A DNA stretch of 64,000 bases, taken from assembly GCA_050864255.1 (NCBI GenBank), contig JBOWAX010000005.1, forward strand, positions 27,906-91,905, read 5' to 3'. The stretch is from Dehalogenimonas sp. Its GTDB lineage: Bacteria > Chloroflexota > Dehalococcoidia > Dehalococcoidales > Dehalococcoidaceae. The position numbers and the translations under genes are program-made. Shown here piece after piece: positions 49,923 to 57,451 of the stretch; the first letter of the stretch is position 1, and every line of letters starts with the position of its first letter. Under the pieces are notes generated by a model. That model had not been told where the DNA came from, did not search any database, and saw only the letters and a program-made list of their open reading frames with translations.

Positions 49923-50036
49923 ATATCCTGAGGGATGGCTAAAGATCATAAAAATAAACAGATGTGGTTATAACAACTTAGTCGCCAGGTTACTGTTCTA
50001 ACTAAATATATTGGTTAAGCTGGAAGACCACACCTG

Positions 50037-50729
50037 TCATTCCGTGTTTTGAAACAGGCCTCGTTGGCGAGCCAGTTCAATAAGCTGTTGCTGGAAGTTT
50101 TGCAAACCCAGCTTACGCATCATGTTTGCCCGATGGAGCTCAACGGTGCGCCGGCTAATGGACAATTTTTCAGCAATCGCTTCATTGTTAAGCCCATGCA
50201 CTACATACTCGAAAATTTCAAACTCACGATGGGTTAATGTTTGCACGATGTCACCATTAGAAAAGCCAGAAAGAGGATAATCAACCGGTAGCCTTGATGG
50301 CCTATCAGCCTCTATGTACTTGCGGCTGTCAGCTACATCGTGTACCACCTTAATTAATTTTGCCTCAATATCATTCCAATAAATCACTGATTTAGCTCCG
50401 GAACGCAATGCTTCCTCAGTGGTGAAATTGCCGGTACGGGATAGTACAATGCAAGCTACCTGGGGGTATTTTTTGTGGATTAGACGTACAATCTCAAGAT
50501 CTAAGTTTCCACCAACAGTATAGACCAGTATATCCGGGTTGGTTGCAGCCAGCCTGGCGATGGCTTTTAAGTTATTTCCGGTTTCGCCCTTTACAAAAAA
50601 ATCATCATCGGATTCGAGAAATGCGCGAATATACTGTCTTGATTCAAAGTTTTCATCCGCCAGGACTATAGAAATTTGTCGCACGAGATTCGTTCCCTTC
50701 TCAAAAGCTGGAATCCCTGATGCTTTCAT
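50037..50729 (-). CDS. LuxR-type regulator with a degenerate (pseudo-)receiver domain
   Basis: LuxR HTH LTHREFEIFEYVVHGLNNEAIA. The receiver-like N-terminus reads PDILVYTVGGN where the phospho-acceptor Asp is expected, and it lacks the conserved Lys. The ATG overlaps the glmS stop (ATGA). An alternative GTG start lies at 50684. Confidence 0.8.
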   Translation of the reverse strand: MKASGIPAFEKGTNLVRQISIVLADENFESRQYIRAFLESDDDFFVKGETGNNLKAIARLAATNPDILVYTVGGNLDLEIVRLIHKKYPQVACIVLSRTGNFTTEEALRSGAKSVIYWNDIEAKLIKVVHDVADSRKYIEADRPSRLPVDYPLSGFSNGDIVQTLTHREFEIFEYVVHGLNNEAIAEKLSISRRTVELHRANMMRKLGLQNFQQQLIELARQRGLFQNTE

Positions 50730-52498
50730 TCCACGGTTACGCTCTTAGCCAGATTTCGTGGATGGTCTATAGCGCAACCACGGATTTTAGCTATGTGGTA
50801 AGCCAATAATTGTAATGGTATGGTATTGATAATTGGGGATAATAAAGTATTTGTGTGGGGCACCCGAATCACTACATCGGCCACTCCGTCAATCCCGTCT
50901 ACGTCACTGGCAGCGATGGCGATGACGTAGGCTTTTCGCGCTCTAGCCTCGATAATACTGGTAATCATTGAATCGTAATTGGCATCAGCGATTACCATCG
51001 CCACCACCGGCATTCCTTCATGTATTAGTGCCAACGGGCCGTGCTTAAGTTCGCCAGCCGCATAACCTTCCGCATGTATATAGGATACTTCCTTAAGTTT
51101 AAGAGCTCCTTCAAGTGCTACCGGATAGTTGATGCCTCGTCCGATAAAAAAGGCACTTTCAAAATTCGCCATATATTTTGCGATTTCAACGATCTCTGGT
51201 TCAATCTTGAAAACCTGCAGAACTTTATCCGGTAACATACCTAATTCTAAGCTTAGGCTCGTTCTAAGTTCCTCGGGAATTGTTGGTTGAGCCAGCACTA
51301 TTTGGCATAAGGCGATTAACTGTCCAGTGAAGCTTTTTGTAGCTGCGACACTGAACTCAGTTCCGGCTTTGATATAGACTGTCCGATCAGCCAGTCGGTT
51401 TGCGGTGCTACCCGGTACGTTGGTAACGGCCATAACCTTAATGCCACCGATTTTCAGTGCCCTCATTGCATATAGGACGTCGGCAGTTTCGCCCGATTGG
51501 GTTAGAACCAGGGCCTCATCAGGGAAGAGAACACGGCGATGGTTGAATTCGGAGCCTAGTGTCACTCTGGTTACGATCCCAAGCAACTCCTCAATGATAT
51601 ATGCGCCAATCAGACCCGCATGATAAGAAGTGCCACAGGCGACAATGGACAAGTCATGGGCACCATCGAAAAATGCAAGGTTTTGATCAAATGAGGCATT
51701 TTCCTGAATAGTATTCAAGATTACTTTTGGCTGTTCATGGATTTCTTTGAGCATAAAATGTTCATATCCGCATTTGTCGCTATCATCCCGGCACCAGTCG
51801 ACCAGTTGTTCTTCTCGTATACACTCAACGCCGTTATTCCTGATGATAATATTGTCACAGGTGATAGTACCAACGTCGCCATTTTCAAGGTAAATGGCAT
51901 TATTGCAATAGTTGATAATAGCCGGCATATCAGAGGCAACGAATTTTTCACCCTTGCCGTTGCCGATGACTAACGGGCTGTCCTTGCGGGCAACTATCAC
52001 CATGCCGGCGTCCAGGTGGCTGATGACAGCTATGGCATATGACCCTTCAAGAACCGCAACGGCTTGCGCAACCGCAGAACTCAGATCATCAACATAATAT
52101 TTTTCAATAAGATGAGAAATTACTTCAGTATCTGTATCGGAGATGAAATGATGTCCTTCGGCAGTCAGTTGTTGTTTAATTTTGGCATAATTTGAAATGA
52201 CGCCGTTGTGTACTACGGCGATTCGGCCACTACAGTCCAAATGGGGATGTGCGTTTACTTTAGTTGGGTGGCCGTGAGTTGCCCAACGTGAATGTCCAAT
52301 GCCCGTTGTTCCGGTAAGGGTGGGAGATGATTCTTTAAGAGCGGATACCCTGCCACTTTCTTTATATACCTTTAAACCGGTGTCATGTTCAACAGCGATT
52401 CCACAAGAATCGTAGCCTCGATATTCTAAACGCGTCAGGCAGTCGAACAAAACTCCGCTTGCTTGCTTGGGGCCAACATATCCTACGATACCACACAT
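50726..52498 (-). CDS. glmS: Glutamine--fructose-6-phosphate aminotransferase
   Basis: MCGIVGYVG (N-terminal nucleophile Cys), two SIS domains and the C-terminal KSVTVE. SD GAGGAG precedes the start. Confidence 0.96.
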   Translation of the reverse strand: MCGIVGYVGPKQASGVLFDCLTRLEYRGYDSCGIAVEHDTGLKVYKESGRVSALKESSPTLTGTTGIGHSRWATHGHPTKVNAHPHLDCSGRIAVVHNGVISNYAKIKQQLTAEGHHFISDTDTEVISHLIEKYYVDDLSSAVAQAVAVLEGSYAIAVISHLDAGMVIVARKDSPLVIGNGKGEKFVASDMPAIINYCNNAIYLENGDVGTITCDNIIIRNNGVECIREEQLVDWCRDDSDKCGYEHFMLKEIHEQPKVILNTIQENASFDQNLAFFDGAHDLSIVACGTSYHAGLIGAYIIEELLGIVTRVTLGSEFNHRRVLFPDEALVLTQSGETADVLYAMRALKIGGIKVMAVTNVPGSTANRLADRTVYIKAGTEFSVAATKSFTGQLIALCQIVLAQPTIPEELRTSLSLELGMLPDKVLQVFKIEPEIVEIAKYMANFESAFFIGRGINYPVALEGALKLKEVSYIHAEGYAAGELKHGPLALIHEGMPVVAMVIADANYDSMITSIIEARARKAYVIAIAASDVDGIDGVADVVIRVPHTNTLLSPIINTIPLQLLAYHIAKIRGCAIDHPRNLAKSVTVE

Positions 52499-52829
52499 TA
52501 CGACTGCTCCTCATTCATGTAACTCTATTATAAAGAGTAAACTGGAGGTCAACATCGGTAAGATTGCCCTGTGTTCCAAGAACTAATACGTATTTATCAA
52601 TTAGGGAATTTGAATATCGTAAGTAGTTACCTACAAAGTAAGAAAGAATCGTGGTTGGAGTTTTTGGTATTGTGGAAAGTTACTCTTTTATGAGGCCTTA
52701 AGGCTGATTGGATGCCAGGGATTTTCAAGAATGCCTGGGATTGGATTTGAGCGTGATATATAGGTGACGGAAAGGAAGAAGATACTGGAGGATTGGTTCG
52801 CATGAGTGAATGGCTATTCTAATGTGAGA

Positions 52830-53000
52830 TTAATGGCCGGTGGATATCCTGTCAAACAGGTAGTAAACGGCATTCCAAAGGGCGCAGGTTGACCAGGCTG
52901 AAAGGTACCAGATATATCGGTCGGTAAGGCCTTTATGGTTGAAGTACATAGTCAGTATCTGTTTGGTGCTCAGGCCTTTGTCTTTAATCATATAGCTCAT
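52830..53000 (-). CDS. Possible 56-aa W/Y-rich small protein
   Basis: ATG at 53000, 3 nt after the stop of the DUF1508-like gene. Translation: MSYMIKDKGLSTKQILTMYFNHKGLTDRYIWYLSAWSTCALWNAVYYLFDRISTGH. It is below the ORF-track cut-off and I recognise no family. Confidence 0.25.
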   Translation of the reverse strand: MSYMIKDKGLSTKQILTMYFNHKGLTDRYIWYLSAWSTCALWNAVYYLFDRISTGH

Positions 53001-53003
53001 CAC

Positions 53004-53246
53004 TTAACCTGCGTAATGGCCGTAATCGGGGTTTGATGAAAGTTGACTGGCTTTGGCGTAGATAGCATCAAAATGGTAGCTCCTTCTACTGATAGCGATT
53101 ATCTCTTCAGCGGATCTCATTCCAAGTAATACCTCACTCTTGGTGTCGTACGATTCGGATATGCCGATAATTGTGCCGTTTGTGGCAATAAGGGCGAACC
53201 TGAAATCACCGGGTTTGTCTGTGTATAACTGGAACTTGGCTTTCAT
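53004..53246 (-). CDS. YegP/DUF1508-like small protein
   Basis: FQLYTDKPGDFRFALIATNGTIIGISESYDTKSE matches the YegP repeat pattern. Confidence 0.65.
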   Translation of the reverse strand: MKAKFQLYTDKPGDFRFALIATNGTIIGISESYDTKSEVLLGMRSAEEIIAISRRSYHFDAIYAKASQLSSNPDYGHYAG

Positions 53247-53366
53247 GATTTACTCCTATATTAACTTCGTTCTAATCTTGTTTGGTTGATGCTGCCGCCT
53301 TGATTGTTGTGGTCTGTTCAAAGGCGGCAGCATCAGGCGCTTTAGTCTTTCATTTGATAACGGTGT

Positions 53367-55427
53367 TTACTTAACCGCTTTTAGTGTCCACCAACCGAGT
53401 GTTTTGTCCAGGTCGCCAGTAACCGTTGATCCAACGATTAACAGATTGGGAAAGTCTGTCTTGCTTGCGGCGACCCAAACCGTATCAGTTACTTTCAATC
53501 CGGTTATAGTAGTTGTGGTTATTTTGATGGACAGGTTGTATTCGTTACTGCCGCCACTGCTTATCGGAACACTGGCTACCACGGCTGTGGTATTGCCTTT
53601 GATGACGACAGGCACCGGAGGGGTAACGGGGGTTGTTTGAATTGAGGACTTCATGACCCACCAACCGAGAGAGTTATCCAGGTTGCCGGTAAGGGTTGAG
53701 CCTACGGTCAGCAAATTAGGAAAGTCCGTTGTTGATGCCGCTACCCAAAGGTTCTGGCCGATGGTGAGTCCGAAAACTGTGGTTGTCGTTATTCTGATGG
53801 ACAGGTTATATTCGTTACTGCCGCCACTGCTAACTGGCACACTGGCGATCACGCCGGTAGTGTTACCAATTGAAGGGGGCGGAGCCATAGCGTTGACGAC
53901 GATAGAGATAGTTTCCGAATCCGTCAGCTTACCGTCGCTGACGGTGAAGCTTACGTTATATGTTCCTGTCTGAGTCGGCGTCCATGAGAAACGAGCGTTT
54001 GAGAAGCTGGCTCCAGACGGAAGGTTTGAGGCGGAGAAGCTCAATGCGTTGCCGTCGGCGTCAGTGGCGCTTAGAACGAATTCCAAGTTTTGTCCGACTG
54101 TGACAGCTTTATTGCCAATGGGATTCAACACCGGAGCCCGGTTTGGATAGGTGACGACGATAGAGATAGTTTCCGAATCCGTCAGCTTACCGTCGCTGAC
54201 GGTGAAGCTTACGTTATATGTTCCTGTCTGAGTCGGCGTCCATGAGAAACGAGCGTTTGAGAAGCTGGCTCCAGACGGAAGGTTTGAGGCGGAGAAGCTC
54301 AATGCGTTGCCGTCGGCGTCAGTGGCGCTTAGAACGAATTCCAAGTTTTGTCCGACTGTGACAGCTTTATTGCCAATGGGATTCAACACCGGTGCTCGGT
54401 TAATGGTAGTTGTTGGAGTAGCAGCCTTCATGATCCACCAACCGAAAGAGTTATCCAGATTGCCGGTAAGGGTTGAGCCTACGGTCAGCAAATTAGGAAA
54501 GTCCGTTGTTGATGCCGCTACCCAAAGGTTCTGGCCGATGGTGAGTCCGGAAACAGTGGTTGTGGTTATTCTGATGGACAGGTTATATTCGTTACTGCCG
54601 CCACTGCTAACTGGTACACTGGCTACCACGCCGGTTACATTGCCTGAGGATGGGACGGGAGTCGGTGTGGGCGTTGGAGAAGGAGTCGTGGTTGAAGCTG
54701 AAAGCAATAGAACATACTCTTCAAGCCATGAAGGTAAGCTATTGTATTCTAGCTGCTCATGCCAACTGTAGGCGAAGCCATTCGACCAGGCCGCGTTGGT
54801 GTAGCTTGCTGCCTGGGCCGCAGTCCAATTCCCAAACCCAATTACAATTGTCTGATCCAAGTGTGTGGCCTCAACTGCGGTCGGGGCGCGTCCCACATAG
54901 TGTTCGTCGGTCATCACATAATCAGCCACCGTGTAGACATCAGCGCTGACATAGGGCATTCCGGGGTTGATGATGACACTTAATCCTTTACTTTTGGCAT
55001 AGTTGTAGATGTTTTGGTTGTAGGCAGTTGCACTGGAAGAGGCTTGGTCCATGAAGATACCGAAGCTTCCTTCTTTTGCAATGGCGTCGATGAGTGCATA
55101 GTTATCCCCGATTGGACGAGCCCCGTAAGAGGAATCTATGTAGCTGAAAACTTTGATACCCTGGCTTTGGAAAAGAGCAACATTGGCGTTACCGTGCCAG
55201 TAGCCTGCCGGGGTATTGTCGATCAGGATTTCGGGTGCTGCATTGATGATTCTTTGATCGACCGCAGAATCGTGCCATCCATAGTAGACTAGAGCAAGAG
55301 GACGGGTTGCAGTGGCTGCAGCCACCGGCTGCACCATGGGGAGTACCCCCAGGGTAACTACCAGCAGTGGTAGTATTGTGGCAAGTAAGAGGTGCTTTCT
55401 TTTAAGCAACGATGTTAGAATTTTCAT
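53367..55427 (-). CDS. Secreted Sph3/spherulin-4-like putative glycoside hydrolase with three 'GWW' modules and two cadherin-like modules
   Basis: Signal peptide. Barrel motifs LVYYGWH, DNTPAGYWHG, GIKVFSYIDSSY and GIFMDQASS. A TP-rich linker follows, then the order GWW, Cad, Cad, GWW, GWW. Confidence 0.8.
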   Translation of the reverse strand: MKILTSLLKRKHLLLATILPLLVVTLGVLPMVQPVAAATATRPLALVYYGWHDSAVDQRIINAAPEILIDNTPAGYWHGNANVALFQSQGIKVFSYIDSSYGARPIGDNYALIDAIAKEGSFGIFMDQASSSATAYNQNIYNYAKSKGLSVIINPGMPYVSADVYTVADYVMTDEHYVGRAPTAVEATHLDQTIVIGFGNWTAAQAASYTNAAWSNGFAYSWHEQLEYNSLPSWLEEYVLLLSASTTTPSPTPTPTPVPSSGNVTGVVASVPVSSGGSNEYNLSIRITTTTVSGLTIGQNLWVAASTTDFPNLLTVGSTLTGNLDNSFGWWIMKAATPTTTINRAPVLNPIGNKAVTVGQNLEFVLSATDADGNALSFSASNLPSGASFSNARFSWTPTQTGTYNVSFTVSDGKLTDSETISIVVTYPNRAPVLNPIGNKAVTVGQNLEFVLSATDADGNALSFSASNLPSGASFSNARFSWTPTQTGTYNVSFTVSDGKLTDSETISIVVNAMAPPPSIGNTTGVIASVPVSSGGSNEYNLSIRITTTTVFGLTIGQNLWVAASTTDFPNLLTVGSTLTGNLDNSLGWWVMKSSIQTTPVTPPVPVVIKGNTTAVVASVPISSGGSNEYNLSIKITTTTITGLKVTDTVWVAASKTDFPNLLIVGSTVTGDLDKTLGWWTLKAVK
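53895..54392. repeat. Two apparently identical 240-bp copies (258-bp period) encoding the cadherin-like modules
   Basis: Copies at 53895-54134 and 54153-54392 are identical by eye. Flanking segments 53652-53860 and 54429-54637 are near-identical, offset by 777 bp. Confidence 0.85.
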
Positions 55428-55643
55428 TGATTTTCCTTTCGCCTCCTTATTGAACTACTTAGTAGTATATGGAGCTGCGAAAGGGCTGTACATACGTAAT
55501 TACTTGTTATTACACCTATATAGTACTAAGGTAATAGGGCAAGTACTTAAGTAATATATATTACATGTAGGATTTAGTAGGTATGCAATAGTCAGGATAA
55601 GGCACAAAGGGGCAGTCGAAAGTTTTGACACATACTTACGGCT

Positions 55644-55681
55644 GAAAAAAACAGTGAAGGGCGGTTAGCCCTTCACTGTTT
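55644..55681 (-). terminator. Rho-independent terminator of the 55703-56995 gene
   Basis: 13-14-bp stem AACAGTGAAGGGC / GCCCTTCACTGTT with loop GGTTA, followed on the minus strand by a T-run. Confidence 0.8.
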
Positions 55682-55702
55682 ACAAGAGGCCGTAAAGCCG
55701 CT

Positions 55703-56995
55703 CTATGGTGCTTTTAGTGTCCACCAGCCGAGGGATTTATCAAGATTACCTGATACCGTATAACCAATGGTATGTAAATTGGGGAAGTCGATTGTAGTTG
55801 CCGCAACCCAAACGACCTGTCCAACCGTAAGGCCTGAAACTGTTGTCGTCGTAATCCTGATGGAGAAACTGAATTCATTACTTCCTCCGCTGGGGGTTGG
55901 AGCACTGGCTATCACAGCGGTTATATTACCATATGAAAGGACAGGAGTCGTGGGGTTTTTGAGCACCCACCAGCCATATGAATTATCCATGTTGCCGGTA
56001 ATGGTGGAGCCAATTGTTCTCAATGAGGGAAAGTCAGTCGTTGTTGCTGCAATCCAGACTGTTTGACCAGCCGTCAAACCAGCATTCGCAGATGTCATAA
56101 TCCTGACGGACAGACTGTACTCGTTGCTTGCCCCTGTGGGTATAGGGACACTTGTTACCATAGCAGTGGTATTGCCCAAAGAAGAATATGAAGGAGTATA
56201 CGATGGTGTTGGTGCCGGAGCGGACGGTGTGTAGGGTGAAATCAAACTGACGTAACTGGGTAGCCAGTAAGCCAGGCTGGCATAGGCCGGTGTGACATAG
56301 GCGGCTAACACACCTTTGCTCCAGGCGCCCTGGGTCAGGTTTGCAGCAGTGGTAGCATCGTACACACCCTCACGCAATAGCCATGTCCGGCTAGCCCATT
56401 TTTGCTGACTGGCTGTTAATGAAGCATTGGACCACTGTTCAGAGCTGTTGATATAGTCGCAGTAGGTCATTAATTGGTCAGACCAGCTATTCTGCCCGGT
56501 ATTGAAAACAATCTTGAGACCTAGGCTGCGTGCTTTTGCTGATATTTGTTGCAGATAGCTCCAGTTAGGTGTAGTCCATATCCCTTCACTTACCTGGTCC
56601 AGGAAGATACCATAAGCGCCTGCAGCGGCAGCTGCGGTTATGTAGTTGAGGTTGGATTGTAGGTCAACGGGGATACCTCCCCGGCGTGTTCCCTCGTAGC
56701 CGCCGTCGATATATTCAAAATACTTGATACCGGCGGCTGTAAACTTGCTTATATTGGCGTTACCACGCCATGGTCCAGCCGGGCTGTTACTTACCAGGAA
56801 GGTTGGATTGGCATTAATAATAGCTGCTTCGGTAGCGGGGGAATGCCAACCGTAGTAGATCATGTTGATGCTAACCGTGGTGGCCGCACTCAGTTTATTA
56901 GTGGTAGCTGGTATGCCCAGTGTAGCCAAACTCAGAATTAACGATATGCCGATAATGATTAGTCGATTTAAATATTTGCGTAATTGCAAACTCAT
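55703..56995 (-). CDS. Secreted Sph3/spherulin-4-like putative glycoside hydrolase with two 'GWW' modules
   Basis: Signal peptide. Barrel motifs MIYYGWH, SNSPAGPWRG, GIKYFEYIDGGY and GIFLDQVSE. Two C-terminal modules end in GWWVLK and GWWTLK. Confidence 0.8.
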   Translation of the reverse strand: MSLQLRKYLNRLIIIGISLILSLATLGIPATTNKLSAATTVSINMIYYGWHSPATEAAIINANPTFLVSNSPAGPWRGNANISKFTAAGIKYFEYIDGGYEGTRRGGIPVDLQSNLNYITAAAAAGAYGIFLDQVSEGIWTTPNWSYLQQISAKARSLGLKIVFNTGQNSWSDQLMTYCDYINSSEQWSNASLTASQQKWASRTWLLREGVYDATTAANLTQGAWSKGVLAAYVTPAYASLAYWLPSYVSLISPYTPSAPAPTPSYTPSYSSLGNTTAMVTSVPIPTGASNEYSLSVRIMTSANAGLTAGQTVWIAATTTDFPSLRTIGSTITGNMDNSYGWWVLKNPTTPVLSYGNITAVIASAPTPSGGSNEFSFSIRITTTTVSGLTVGQVVWVAATTIDFPNLHTIGYTVSGNLDKSLGWWTLKAP

Positions 56996-57451
56996 CCTTT
57001 TCTCCTTTTATTGTTATTGTTTATTCAATTATTCGGTATATACCGGTAATATTAAGTATATTGAAAAAGGCTTGCCAACAGGATAACAAATAATATCCGT
57101 CAAGCCTTGAAAAAATGGAAAAGCTGAGTTTTTATGTGATCGGCGCTTTCTTAAATTTCATCAATTTGGTTTTTCGATTCTTAGTCAAGGTACGTATATT
57201 TTGCGGGGAGTTTATCATCCGGCAATTGAACTGTAAATACGTAAATACTAGAAAAATGGGTAAAAATACTCGGTGGAATTGGGCAAAACCACTAACAGCG
57301 CATGATTTGAACAGAGAGAACAAAACGTAATATATAAACTGATTTTGATTACTAAGTATATCTATCCAGCTTAATACGTAAAATTACTGATGGTGATGTA
57401 TTCGGGAATTGCTATAATGAGTTTGGTAGACGAAGAGACTAGGGGCAAGAA

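Noticed and set aside
52499-52830. Possible glmS ribozyme in the glmS 5' leader
   Set aside because: I read the reverse complement of the region and could not find the conserved ribozyme core stretches as I remember them (AGCGCC...ACU near the cleavage site and the GACGAGGA-type segment). The most plausible promoter-like elements leave only a short leader. A covariance-model scan is still needed to be certain.
53652-54637. Near-identical repeat pair as a possible template/variable repeat pair of a diversity-generating retroelement
   Set aside because: No reverse transcriptase is present in the window. The few mismatches between the copies involve all base types rather than adenine-specific changes. 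Both copies are in-frame domains of one gene.
57115-57330. 71-aa plus-strand ORF and 63-aa minus-strand ORF in the spacer between the 55703-56995 gene and the GalE-like gene
   Set aside because: They are mutually antisense, lie in very AT-rich sequence, lack an SD, and are Phe/Asn/Lys/Ile-biased. The region is better explained as a regulatory spacer dense in the TACGTAA and TAAGTAT motifs.
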